Shown here piece after piece: positions 18,876 through 29,017 of a stretch of DNA of 64,000 nucleotides; the first letter of the stretch is position 1; every line of letters starts with the position of its first letter. The stretch is from positions 21,417-85,416 of the forward strand of contig JALSQX010000005.1 of assembly GCA_026985075.1 (NCBI GenBank). The letters are read 5' to 3'. The position numbers were made by a program, and so were the translations under genes. Source of the DNA: Blastocatellia bacterium. GTDB lineage: Bacteria; Acidobacteriota; Blastocatellia; HR10; J050. The notes below the pieces were generated by a model. The model worked only from the letters and a program-made list of their open reading frames with translations. It did not search any database and was not told the origin of the DNA.

Positions 18876-20213
18876 ATGAGGTCGATGGAACGGATATCGG
18901 CAGATGAGCCACTCGTCGTCATCGTTGGCCGGCCCAACGTGGGGAAGTCGACGCTGTTCAATCGACTCATTGGCATGCGACGGGCCATCGTCGGCGACGA
19001 GCCGGGGATCACGCGAGACCGGATTCACGGTCGGGCCGAGTGGCGGGGTCGGTCGTTCGAAGTCGTGGATACCGGCGGCATCATCCCCGACGAGGAGGCT
19101 CATATCCCGGCGAGCATCCTGCGACAGGCCCAGGCGGTCATCGATATCGCCGACGTCGTCCTGATGATGGTTGACGTTCGGCAAGGGATGACCCCGGTCG
19201 ATCGGGAATTGGCGCGCCTTTTGCATCGATCGGGCGTCACTGTTTTCGTCCTCGCCAACAAAGCGGACACCCCAAATCTGGAGGTGCAGGCTGAGGAGTT
19301 CCGTCAACTGGGATTCGCGCACGTCTTTCCTATATCGGCCGAACACGGTCTGGGCGTCGGCGACATGCTCGATGTCCTGATCGAACATTTGAAACCAGCC
19401 CGACAGGTGGCCGAGAGATCCAGCGAGCCGGAGATTCGAGTGGCCATTATCGGTCGGCCCAACGTGGGGAAGTCGACACTGGTCAACCAACTGGTGGGCG
19501 CCGAGCGCGTCATCGTCGCTCCCGAACCGGGCACGACGCGCGACGCTGTGGACACCGCACTCGAGCTCGACAGCACGCGCTTCCGCCTCATCGATACGGC
19601 CGGCATTCGCCGGCGGAGTCGAGTAACTCTCCATGCCGAGAAAATCGCCGTGCTCATGGCTCGCAAACATATCCAGCGGGCTGACGTCGCCGTATTGCTC
19701 ATCGACGCCGTGGAGGGTCCAACAACACATGACGCTCGCATCGCCGGATATGTCCACGAAGCGGGGAAGTCGCTCATCATCGCCGTCAACAAATGGGATC
19801 TCATCGAGCATAAACGTCGGGCGGCCGTCGCCTGTGAGCAGGCTATCCGTCAGCGGCTGAAGTTCATCGAATACGCGCCGGTGATCTTCATTTCCGCACT
19901 CACCGGACAACGCGTGACGCGCATCCTCAACCTCGCCCGAAAGGCCTTCGCCGCTCGCTTCCAACGCGTCCCCACGGGCGAACTCAATCGATTCTTCCAC
20001 ACATACTTGGCCGAGCCGGGCGTGTTTCCTGGCGGCCTTCGGATTTACTACATCACCCAAGCGGCGGTCGACCCGCCGACGTTCGTCGTCTTCACGAATC
20101 ACCGGAAGAAACGGCTCCCCATCTCCGTGGAGCGCTATCTCATCAACCGCCTTCGTGAGAACTACGAGTTCTTCGCCACGCCCATCCGCATCAAGCAGAA
20201 GCCGCGGACGTGA
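18876..20213 (+). CDS. der: Ribosome-associated GTPase Der (EngA).
   Basis: Two G domains (GRPNVGKSTL twice) and a KH-like C-terminus. The ORF opens at 18717, but the first plausible ATG is at 18876 or 18885. Confidence 0.9.
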   Translation: MRSMERISADEPLVVIVGRPNVGKSTLFNRLIGMRRAIVGDEPGITRDRIHGRAEWRGRSFEVVDTGGIIPDEEAHIPASILRQAQAVIDIADVVLMMVDVRQGMTPVDRELARLLHRSGVTVFVLANKADTPNLEVQAEEFRQLGFAHVFPISAEHGLGVGDMLDVLIEHLKPARQVAERSSEPEIRVAIIGRPNVGKSTLVNQLVGAERVIVAPEPGTTRDAVDTALELDSTRFRLIDTAGIRRRSRVTLHAEKIAVLMARKHIQRADVAVLLIDAVEGPTTHDARIAGYVHEAGKSLIIAVNKWDLIEHKRRAAVACEQAIRQRLKFIEYAPVIFISALTGQRVTRILNLARKAFAARFQRVPTGELNRFFHTYLAEPGVFPGGLRIYYITQAAVDPPTFVVFTNHRKKRLPISVERYLINRLRENYEFFATPIRIKQKPRT

Positions 20214-20335
20214 GCGAACAGGCTCTCCAGGATGGTCGAGTTCGAGAATAGATGACGTGGGCCGAAAGGCGGGCCCACAGAGCGAGAGTGGGGTTTGGAG
20301 AGCGAGTCCGAAAAGGAGATCGCTTCGACGGGTTA

Positions 20336-21553
20336 TCAGGGCCCGGGGCGACGCACTCTCTCCGTTTCCATGATGGGATTGAAGATGATGAAATCTTGAT
20401 CACCTGCATCGGCGATGAGTCGCCCATCGTTCAAACGCGCGACCACCAGAATACGCGCCGAGTCGGTCCGCAGAGTGGTGGGAACGACCCATTCGAACTG
20501 CCGAGCGCGGGCAGGCAGCGAAGGGGCCAGCACGGAGGGAAAGGTGACTCCTCCATCGAAGGAGAGGCGAATTTGTTGTTGACGAACATCGACGCGGTCA
20601 TCCACTCGCCACGTGATGGTCAACTGCGCGCCTCCCTTGACGACATACCGATCATTGGGGTTGATGACGTCGATGAGCGATGAGGCTTTGTCCACGATCA
20701 TGAAGCTCTTTTCGTCGAGACCAAATCCCACATCATTGAAGGCCAATACGCCGATGCTCGCCGAGTCCGTCAACGCGTCGGGTACCGTCCACTCGTAGCT
20801 CCGACGATCGCTGGGGAGACCAGAGACGATGGACTGCGGCAGGGCGCCTGAGCGCGGGAAGAAGAGGATGTCAAAGCTCGTGGCGTTCACCGCCTCCCAC
20901 TGGATGATCAGTGATTCGCCAGGACTCACGACCTCACCTCCTTGGGGTGACACGAGCGTCACCGCCGGGAACGAGGGCGGCGAGACGCTCACCGTCGTCG
21001 TGTAGATCCAATCGCCCAGTCGGGTACCATCATTATTCGAGGCATTCCCCGCCGCATAAAAGGCCACCGGCCCTCTATCCGTCTCTGGCGCGATCCAATC
21101 GAACGTCCAACGAGCGCCGCTCGGTCGACCGGCGAACGTCCCGGCTTCAGTATGCTCAACATAAAGCCGACCGTCGGCTCCTTCGATCAGTTGCGTATGG
21201 AGAGGATCGGTGATGACGAACTGTCCGGCTGGCTGATCGGTATCGGCCGTCAGGGCAGTCACTTCAAATCCCCATCGTCGCTGCCCGGGATGAGTCACTT
21301 GGATAGTGATCGGGTATCGCTGTCCCGGTTCATAGCGCGATGGTGCCTGAATAGTCATGAAGCCGATTCCCTGATTGGGCGTTTCTCCAAACGAGTCGTG
21401 GCATTCAGTACAGTTGCTCTCTCCCGGCGCATTGGTGAATCCGGGGAGCGGTCCGGTCGAGAACGCCACAGCGAGGCTGGCCGCCGAGAGCGCGATGAAG
21501 ATGGTGATCAGTTTGGTGAGCCGTTGTCTCTTCTCATGCCGTGACATGTGCAT
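20336..21553 (-). CDS. Secreted protein with an N-terminal CxxCH motif and beta-sandwich-like repeats.
   Basis: Signal peptide. PGFTNAPGESNCTECHDS contains C-T-E-C-H. Confidence 0.6.
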   Translation of the reverse strand: MHMSRHEKRQRLTKLITIFIALSAASLAVAFSTGPLPGFTNAPGESNCTECHDSFGETPNQGIGFMTIQAPSRYEPGQRYPITIQVTHPGQRRWGFEVTALTADTDQPAGQFVITDPLHTQLIEGADGRLYVEHTEAGTFAGRPSGARWTFDWIAPETDRGPVAFYAAGNASNNDGTRLGDWIYTTTVSVSPPSFPAVTLVSPQGGEVVSPGESLIIQWEAVNATSFDILFFPRSGALPQSIVSGLPSDRRSYEWTVPDALTDSASIGVLAFNDVGFGLDEKSFMIVDKASSLIDVINPNDRYVVKGGAQLTITWRVDDRVDVRQQQIRLSFDGGVTFPSVLAPSLPARARQFEWVVPTTLRTDSARILVVARLNDGRLIADAGDQDFIIFNPIMETERVRRPGP

Positions 21554-21816
21554 CGGACTCTATTTGCCGGAATGAGTGGTGAGGGCGATGAGTTTTTCTC
21601 GACCCCATCGAGATGGCTTTCCGTCCAGCGTTCATAAGGCGGGAGGCTCATCCCCGTTTGACATTTCCCATCCACCCGGTAGTGAGGCGGGCCGGCTCCG
21701 AGGCGCGAACTGTCGGGTGGGGAGGCGGACTCGCCTCCCCACGACGCGCCGCCTGGACCCTCCAATCCGCCCGTCGAGGCGATCTGCGCTCAACCAGGAC
21801 TCTAGCCACCCATCGA

Positions 21817-23112
21817 CTAAAGGAACGGAATGAGCTCGAAAGAACCGCCCAGCAGCTCGGTGGCATCAACTTCCAACCATCGTTCCAGAATGGTGGCGTA
21901 GATCGAGCGAAAGTCGATGGTGAACTTGGTATCATCCACGCTGCTCAAATCGGTCAAATCGGGGTGCTCGCCGAAAATACCGCCATTGATCGGGGTCCCA
22001 AAGACGAATTGTGGTGCCGAAGCGCCATGATCCGTGCCTTGATTCCCGTTCTCCCTCACCTTTCGACCGAACTCGGACCAGGTCATCATCAGGATCCGAT
22101 CGTCCTTCCCCAGCCGCTGCATGTCTCGGTAGAACGTATTGACGGCATCGGCGAGATAGCCCAGCAACTGAGCGTGACGATTGGCCTGTCCTTGGTGAGT
22201 GTCAAACCCTCCGATGCTCACGTAGAGAATTCTGGTGCCCAAGTCGCCGGCGATAATTTGAGCCGCTTGTTGCATGGCTCGAGCCAGAGGATTGTTCGCC
22301 GCGTAGGTGATATTGGGATCCGGCGTATACCTCTGAATGCCTTGCTGGAGGGTCACCGAACTCTCGAAAGCCTCCAGAGCCGTTTCGCGGATCTGCTCGT
22401 AGAGGACGCGCTGGGGCGCTCCTTCCTGGTTCAGGGCGAGGAAGGTCTGGATCCTGTTCTGCGCATCTCCCGGGAATCGGGGATCCGTCTGGAACTGATA
22501 GGTTTCCACATTTCCAATGGCCGGCACGGCGATGCGATCGGCCCGGAGAGTGAGGGGGAGCCGCCCACCAGCCAGCGAGACGGCGATCAGGGGGTTGTCA
22601 TTGGATGGGAAGGCAGCATCCAGATAGTCGCCTAACCAGCCCGTCGCGTCCGGTCGATCGGGATTGGCCGTATGCCAGATATCCATGGATCGGAAGTGGG
22701 AGCGGTTGGGATTGGGATAGCCGACGGATTGGATCACCCCCATTCGCCCCTGATCGTAGAGTTCTTTGATCGGAGCTAGGCTGGGATGTAATCCCAGTCC
22801 GGTGCCTCCGGCGTCCGTTCCGATGGAGAGGATCTCCCCTTCGGGGATCTCCAGCGTGCTACGAAACTGTCGATAGAGTGAGGCATTCTGCCCACTCAAT
22901 GGAATCACGGTGTTCAACCCATCATTGCCTCCGGCCAATTGGATGACCACCAGAGTGCGGTCGTTCTCGCTGAGCGCTGCCGCTTGCGTCAACGTACTAT
23001 TGGCCGCCATGGCCAGGTGACGCATGAAGGCGCGCCCGCTCAATCCTACGGTCACCAGGGTGAAGCCGCTCTTTTTTATGAACTCGCGTCGTGTTGTCTT
23101 CCCCATAGTCAC
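21817..23112 (-). CDS. DUF1501 family protein with a Tat signal.
   Basis: RREFIKKSGFTLVTVGLSGRAF twin-arginine leader. Sulfatase-like fold family, usually paired with DUF1800. Confidence 0.8.
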   Translation of the reverse strand: MTMGKTTRREFIKKSGFTLVTVGLSGRAFMRHLAMAANSTLTQAAALSENDRTLVVIQLAGGNDGLNTVIPLSGQNASLYRQFRSTLEIPEGEILSIGTDAGGTGLGLHPSLAPIKELYDQGRMGVIQSVGYPNPNRSHFRSMDIWHTANPDRPDATGWLGDYLDAAFPSNDNPLIAVSLAGGRLPLTLRADRIAVPAIGNVETYQFQTDPRFPGDAQNRIQTFLALNQEGAPQRVLYEQIRETALEAFESSVTLQQGIQRYTPDPNITYAANNPLARAMQQAAQIIAGDLGTRILYVSIGGFDTHQGQANRHAQLLGYLADAVNTFYRDMQRLGKDDRILMMTWSEFGRKVRENGNQGTDHGASAPQFVFGTPINGGIFGEHPDLTDLSSVDDTKFTIDFRSIYATILERWLEVDATELLGGSFELIPFL

Positions 23113-23117
23113 TCTCC

Positions 23118-24671
23118 TTAACTCAGTTGAAATTCGGGCATGGTCATGATCAGATGGATCAGCCCGCGAACCTTCATATTGACGAAGTTGCGAGGAGTGT
23201 TCTCCGTGGCGTTCTCGCTCGGGGCATTCAGATAATCAATGAGCGTCTGCCGCTGTCCGGGCGAGAGAGGTGCCTGAAGCAGTAAACGGGCGAAGAAGTC
23301 GACGATCTCGCTGGCTGAAGCTCCTCGCAGATCGTTCTGATCCATGATCCGATCCACATCGATGCCACCTTGGCGCGCCTGCAATCCGGTGGCGATGGCG
23401 TTGGCGAAGTTGAACCGTGCCAGGTCGAAAGTCGTGTTGATCCAATTCAATCCCTCCTTCCAACCACTCACATCCGGAGGGAAGAGGAGATACTGTCCCA
23501 TGCCAATCATGGCATTGATGAGCGTTCGAACCAGGAGTCGGTTCTTGCTCAAACTGTCTGGTTCCCCGGATTGCCGATCGAAATTGAGGAGCCGGAAGGC
23601 GCCCACGATATACTCGGTGGGACTCTTGACGTGCGCTTTGAAGGCCCGTTCGGAATAAAACGCCTCGGAGACTACGTTGCCCGGCGTGAAGATGGTCCGC
23701 AGCATGTTGCGAATGCTGTAGGGTTGTTCGCCATGAGCCCCATCGAAGACATCCGCCAAGGCATTGATGATCTCCGGTTCAGGATCGTCATAGCCGAAGA
23801 AGATGAACAGTCGATAGCCCAGGAATCGGCCCACGGCGCTCTGCTGTTGTCCTGGATTGCGATGCCGGACGATGTTATCGAAGATGAAATCGGCGTTGGT
23901 GCCGCCACGCTGACCCAAATGTTCATAGGGCCCAAAATCGTGATTCCGCGCGTCGAAGACGAACTGGCGGGGGAAGGTGCTCTGATTCCTCCGACCACGA
24001 AGGATCGTCCAGCCGGTGAGCGCGCGAGAGGCTTGACGAATGTCGCGCTCGGTGTAATTGGGAACTTTCGCCACGACATCTTCTACGCCCATGGAGAAGA
24101 GTTCATGAAGTTCGCGCGCGTAGTTCTCATTGGTGCCAACCTCGCTGTTCAGCTTGCGATTGAGCCAGTTATCGAGCCAGAACAGCATGGCCGGATCTTT
24201 AGTCAAATACTCCAGAATGAGGCGGAAATTCCCCAGGGGGAAAGGGCTTCGGGGATTGGGTCTCATGATTTGACCGGTCTCGGGTTCGAAATTTCCGCGG
24301 AAGTTCTCATTCTGGAGATACATTTGCCGGGGATCGGGGAGGCCGGCGATGGAGGTGGCAAACAGGTTGTGCCAGAACAGCGTCATCTTCTCCACTAGCG
24401 GTCGCTTGGTGGTGATCATGGCATTGAGCCACCACCGTTCCAGACCGCCGATGAACGTCCCTCGCATCCGGTTGAACTCATCGACGGGAAGATCCAGCAT
24501 ACTCACCAAGTCTTCATCTGGCTCGACATCGGGGTATTTCTCAAAATTGATCAGGTCGTCGACGGTGGCTTCGAGTCCTCGAGCAACTTTTTGCTCAATC
24601 TCATCCGGATGGGCACCGAAGCCAGCTCGTCGGAGCAGGTGAGCGATCTGGTCATACTTGTCTAAGGGCAT
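23118..24671 (-). CDS. DUF1800 family protein.
   Basis: Immediately upstream of DUF1501 on the same strand, the standard pairing. Confidence 0.75.
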   Translation of the reverse strand: MPLDKYDQIAHLLRRAGFGAHPDEIEQKVARGLEATVDDLINFEKYPDVEPDEDLVSMLDLPVDEFNRMRGTFIGGLERWWLNAMITTKRPLVEKMTLFWHNLFATSIAGLPDPRQMYLQNENFRGNFEPETGQIMRPNPRSPFPLGNFRLILEYLTKDPAMLFWLDNWLNRKLNSEVGTNENYARELHELFSMGVEDVVAKVPNYTERDIRQASRALTGWTILRGRRNQSTFPRQFVFDARNHDFGPYEHLGQRGGTNADFIFDNIVRHRNPGQQQSAVGRFLGYRLFIFFGYDDPEPEIINALADVFDGAHGEQPYSIRNMLRTIFTPGNVVSEAFYSERAFKAHVKSPTEYIVGAFRLLNFDRQSGEPDSLSKNRLLVRTLINAMIGMGQYLLFPPDVSGWKEGLNWINTTFDLARFNFANAIATGLQARQGGIDVDRIMDQNDLRGASASEIVDFFARLLLQAPLSPGQRQTLIDYLNAPSENATENTPRNFVNMKVRGLIHLIMTMPEFQLS

Positions 24672-25039
24672 ATGACTTCCTCCTTTAGTTACATGTCAAG
24701 CATTCATAGAGTGGCTCGTTTGGTTGAGACGAGGTCATCGGCTCGAAAGTCTTGAAAATTTTGACGCCGAGTTCCATCGTACTCGCATGCAGTCCTGAAG
24801 TTAAACCACCTCAATGGAGGCAAGACCATCGGCGGAACCGTATGGGCTCTTCAAGTACCGGGCCCTCGTTGTAAATTCTCTTCCATTGTATACCGATGAG
24901 GCCGAGGAGGTCAATAATTTTTTCCTCTCGCCCCGCGTCATTTTCGGCTCGCTATCCATCGACAGCGGGGAAGGGGACTGGTAAAATCGAACCTTCACTT
25001 GAGAGATGCGAGCTTCATCACCCGTGGAGAAGGCACATT

Positions 25040-26278
25040 ATGGCATTAGCGCTGGAAGGCATTCGAGTCCTCGACCTCTCGCGATTGTTACCCGGTCCCT
25101 ATTGCTCGATGATCCTGGCCGACCTCGGCGCCGAGGTCATCAAGATCGAGGAGCCAAACTGGGGCGACCCCACTCGTTGGACTCCGCCACGAAGGAAAGA
25201 TGTGAGCATCGCTTTTCTCAATCTGAATCGAAACAAAAAGAGCGTGACTCTCAATTTGAAACAGCCACAAGGGGTAGAGATCTTTCGCCGACTGGCCCAA
25301 CGCGCCGATGTCATCCTGGAGGGATTTCGGCCCGGCGTGGTGGATCAATTGGGCATCGGATATGAGGACATCAGACAACTCAATCCGCGCATCATCTATT
25401 GCTCGCTCAGTGGTTATGGTCAAGATGGGCCCTATCGTCATCGAAGCGGTCATGACCTGAACTACATCGCTCTGGCCGGCGCGCTGGGACTCACCGCCGA
25501 CGAGCAGGGCCGGCCCGTCATTCCCGCCGCCCAACTGGCCGATTTGGGCGGAGCCATGGCCGCGACCATCGCTATCCTGGCCGCTCTGCTGGCCCGCGAG
25601 CGATTGGGTCGAGGACAATATATCGATGTCGCCTTGCTCGACGCTGCGCTCGGCTTGCTCCCCGTGGCCGCCGCGAGCGTGTTTGCCGGACAATCGCTTC
25701 CGGTGGGCGGGCGCTTCGGGTTGAATGGCTTGTTCCCCTTCTATTCCGTGTACGAGACGAAAGATGGCCGCTATCTGGCCGTCGCTCCCCTCGAGCCTAA
25801 ATTCTGGCAGAATCTGTGTCAGGCATTAGGCCGACCCGATCTGTCTGACAAGCAGTTTGCTCAAGGAGAGGAACGCCAGGCACTGTTTGATGAGTTGCGT
25901 CGTCTCTTTCTCACCAAATCTCTGAACGAATGGCGGGAGATTCTCGACCGCGCCGACGTGTGTTGCGAACCGGTGTTGAGCCTGGAAGAAGCGCTTCACC
26001 ATCCTCAGATCGCACATCGTCAGATGGTCGTTCAGATGACCCATCCTGATGTGGGGGATGTGAAGTTTCTGACGCTCCCCTTTAAGCTCTCGGAGACGCC
26101 AGCGACGATTCGCACGCCGGCACCCCGCTTGGGTCAGCATACGGAGGCCATCCTGCGGGAGTTGGGGTACACCGATGAGCACATTCGCGCTCTGAACAAA
26201 GCCGGAGTGACGAAGGCCAAAGGAGGAAGCGTTCGTCATCTCCTCGCTAAGATGGTGCTCAAAATCGTTGGCGAGTGA
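25040..26278 (+). CDS. CoA-transferase family III (CaiB/BaiF-like).
   Basis: MALALEGIRVLDLSRLLPGPYCSMILADLGAEVIKIE N-terminus. Confidence 0.85.
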   Translation: MALALEGIRVLDLSRLLPGPYCSMILADLGAEVIKIEEPNWGDPTRWTPPRRKDVSIAFLNLNRNKKSVTLNLKQPQGVEIFRRLAQRADVILEGFRPGVVDQLGIGYEDIRQLNPRIIYCSLSGYGQDGPYRHRSGHDLNYIALAGALGLTADEQGRPVIPAAQLADLGGAMAATIAILAALLARERLGRGQYIDVALLDAALGLLPVAAASVFAGQSLPVGGRFGLNGLFPFYSVYETKDGRYLAVAPLEPKFWQNLCQALGRPDLSDKQFAQGEERQALFDELRRLFLTKSLNEWREILDRADVCCEPVLSLEEALHHPQIAHRQMVVQMTHPDVGDVKFLTLPFKLSETPATIRTPAPRLGQHTEAILRELGYTDEHIRALNKAGVTKAKGGSVRHLLAKMVLKIVGE

Positions 26279-26478
26279 ACCCCGATCATGAGCAGGTGGA
26301 CGCTGGATGGCCAGTCATTCCCCTACCGATGGGAACCGGAGAGCGAGGCGCGCGCCTGCTCGGGCGACGCGCTCACCGAGCTGCTCCACATTGCTCCATA
26401 TGGGGTTCCTCAGCAGGCGGGCGAGGAGATGGAGGCGTCATCACCGTCACCGGATGACATGGTGAACCGGCACTCGCC

Positions 26479-27336
26479 TCAATGGCGCACCTGCGGTTGT
26501 GAGGTGCGGGGATGCGCATTTTGTGTTTCGACCAATTCCCGAGCCCGCTCGGCGGCCTTGACGACGGCTTTGATGAGCGTCACGCGGAGCTTCCCTTCTT
26601 CGAGTTCCAGCAGGCCGTCAATCGTGCATCCGGCCGGTGTGGTGACGACATCTTTGAGCAGAGCCGGATGGGCCTTTGATTCCAGGACCATACGCGCGGC
26701 GCCCAGCATCGTCTGGGCGGCCAGCAGCGTGGCGATATCTCGAGGAATCCCCAGTTTCACGCCCGCCTCGGCCAGCGATTCGATGATGACGTAGAGATAG
26801 GCTGGACCGCTGGCCGAGAGGCCGGTCACCCCATCCATCAGCGATTCATCGATGAACACCGTCTCTCCAACCGCTCGAAAGATCTCCTCGGCCGTACGGA
26901 GATGTTCGTCTTGGGCATAGAGCCCACCGCAGAGGGCCGTCATCCCGGCTCCGAGCACGCAGGGCGTGTTGGGCATGGCTCGGACTACGGGGACTGGTGC
27001 TCGGAGGCGCGCCTCGACAAACTGGGTGGTGACCGAGGCGGCTACGGTGATCACCAATTGTTGAGGAGTGACCACTTCAGCGATCTCTGTGAGCACACGA
27101 TCCATGTTTTGCGGCTTGACGGCGAGGAGGATGATATCGCGCCCGTCGACGAGGCGGCGATTGTCAGTCATCGCTTCGATGCCCAGTCGCTCTCTGATTC
27201 GCCCGAGCGACTCTTCGTGAGCCACGCTACCGGCAATGTCTTCGCGACGAACATCGCCTTGCTTAAGCAATCCCATCACCAGTGCTTCACCGAGCTTTCC
27301 CACGCCGAGAACAGCGAGCTTTTTCCCTGTGAGCAT
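26479..27336 (-). CDS. proC: Pyrroline-5-carboxylate reductase.
   Basis: LAVLGVGKLGEAL Rossmann motif and the ProC dimerisation domain. Confidence 0.85.
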   Translation of the reverse strand: MLTGKKLAVLGVGKLGEALVMGLLKQGDVRREDIAGSVAHEESLGRIRERLGIEAMTDNRRLVDGRDIILLAVKPQNMDRVLTEIAEVVTPQQLVITVAASVTTQFVEARLRAPVPVVRAMPNTPCVLGAGMTALCGGLYAQDEHLRTAEEIFRAVGETVFIDESLMDGVTGLSASGPAYLYVIIESLAEAGVKLGIPRDIATLLAAQTMLGAARMVLESKAHPALLKDVVTTPAGCTIDGLLELEEGKLRVTLIKAVVKAAERARELVETQNAHPRTSQPQVRH

Positions 27337-27652
27337 ATCAAGACCTCGCTCTGAATCAACCGGCCTTCCACCCGTTGGAGGAAGGCTCTTGCTCCGACGC
27401 CTGGGAGCCGTTCCCATACGCCTTCATATTCTCCCCCGACGCCGAATATAGAAAGCCAATAGCATAGAGCATTCCGGGGTGAATGGCAAACTCCTGAGAA
27501 CGCGCTGAGGCGAGGAGACGAGTCGTCCTCCAACGCGTCCCAGGGGATCGCTCGGGGGACCGTGGCGTGAGAGCAAACCAATGAAGCGAATGGATTCGTC
27601 CTGACGGGCAGTGGCGCGTCATTCCCTCCGCGCCCATGTCAGGGGACAACCG

Positions 27653-27750
27653 AGATGGATCAACGCCACTCTCTCTGGAGGTTGGGGCGAGAGAGGGTGT
27701 GCCCCGGCGGGCCGCAACGATCCAGATGGATCAACGTCACTCTCTCCGGA
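27653..27750. repeat. Direct repeat of about 27 nt, two copies 71 nt apart: AGATGGATCAACG(C/T)CACTCTCTC(T/C)GGA.
   Basis: Copies at 27653-27679 and 27724-27750. The second copy overlaps the stop of the aldo/keto reductase gene. Confidence 0.7.
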
Positions 27751-28849
27751 AGAGCTTCAGGAAGTCCTCTAACGGCGCGGGAGGGATCTGCGCCGTTTCG
27801 AGATTCTCCTCGACGTGCGCCACCTGGCTCATTCCCACCAGCGCCGTGGTGACGCCGGGCGTTGAACGGACGAACTGAATGGCGCGTTGGGCATCCGTAT
27901 CCAGCCCACTGAGACATTCGGCCACAAATGCCGGCAATCCTCGCGCCAATCGACTTTGTAAAATGGAAGCGCTGGTCATCACAATGATTCCCAGGCGGGC
28001 GGCCGCTTCCAGCGTGGAGAGCATTTCACCGTCATAGGGTTGGTTGCGTCTCCCCAACGCTTCGAGCATTCCCAGGTTATAAGGGAGTTGAATGACGCGG
28101 AAGTGATGGTCGATTCCGGCGATGTCGCGGGCGAGGTCAACCAGATCTCGGAGCGAGAGATAGTCAGGGGCTTCGGGCGGTTGCCGGAATCCATTCCAGG
28201 TGGCCACGCCATATAGGCGAATTTTCCCCTCCGCCACCTTCGCTTCCAGGAACTCGAAAGCGGCGCGCAATCGCTCGGCGAACGCGGCACGGGGGATCTC
28301 TCCGAGTTGCTGTTCCGGGTTGTGCACGTAGTAGATATCGATACATTCGAGCCCCAGGTTTTCTAAGCTCGTCTCTAATTGATGCTCTAGATATCTCGGA
28401 GTCATGCAATGCCAGCCGCCACCAGTGAGGTCGGCTGGCGTGATGATACCCGGATCGAAGAAGGTCTCTTTCATGTACCGGGCAGTGTCAACCGGTGGCG
28501 CTCCATCGAAGGGGATATACCCACCCTTGGTGGCGATAATGAGTTCATCGCGCGCCGCCCGATCCTCTCCAAAGAGCATTCGCAGTGCCTGACCGATCGC
28601 CCGCTCGCTCCGTTGGAAGCGATAATTGATCGCCGTGTCAATGACATTGCAGCCGAGCTCAACGGCTCGGATGATGGCCTGGCGATAGCGAGCGTCGGTT
28701 TCGTCATCATAGCCACCCAGATAGGTTCCCAGGCCGATCGAGGAGAACCATAATCCTCGTTCCTGGCGAAAGTGTCCCGGCGCGACTCGGTCGGCGAATC
28801 GATGGCGGTAGCGAGCCGTTCCTTCGGCGGTCGCCCAAGATGTGCTCAT
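27737..28849 (-). CDS. Aldo/keto reductase.
   Basis: AKR-type sequence throughout. Confidence 0.85.
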   Translation of the reverse strand: MSTSWATAEGTARYRHRFADRVAPGHFRQERGLWFSSIGLGTYLGGYDDETDARYRQAIIRAVELGCNVIDTAINYRFQRSERAIGQALRMLFGEDRAARDELIIATKGGYIPFDGAPPVDTARYMKETFFDPGIITPADLTGGGWHCMTPRYLEHQLETSLENLGLECIDIYYVHNPEQQLGEIPRAAFAERLRAAFEFLEAKVAEGKIRLYGVATWNGFRQPPEAPDYLSLRDLVDLARDIAGIDHHFRVIQLPYNLGMLEALGRRNQPYDGEMLSTLEAAARLGIIVMTSASILQSRLARGLPAFVAECLSGLDTDAQRAIQFVRSTPGVTTALVGMSQVAHVEENLETAQIPPAPLEDFLKLFRRE

Positions 28850-29017
28850 GAGAATTCCTCCATAGATTGGGGAGTTATTGTAGCAGACATCCTCCCGTTT
28901 GGTCGGGGGTCATTGAGGGGCGAGGAAGGAGAGGGGCTTCTCCCCTTGTCCCTTTCCACATGCTCACCCGAAAGGAGAGGAGGGAGCGGTGTTCCTCTCG
29001 GTCGCCTCTCGGTCTTT

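Noticed and set aside
20257-20278. Hairpin GTGGGCC-gaaaggcg-GGCCCAC after der as an intrinsic terminator.
   Set aside because: No U-tract on either strand. It may still be a Rho-dependent or bidirectional pause site, but this cannot be supported from sequence.
27653-27750. CRISPR or mini-array interpretation of the 27-nt repeats.
   Set aside because: Only two copies. The second is part of a coding sequence. No cas genes are present. No other regularly spaced repeats were seen in the window.
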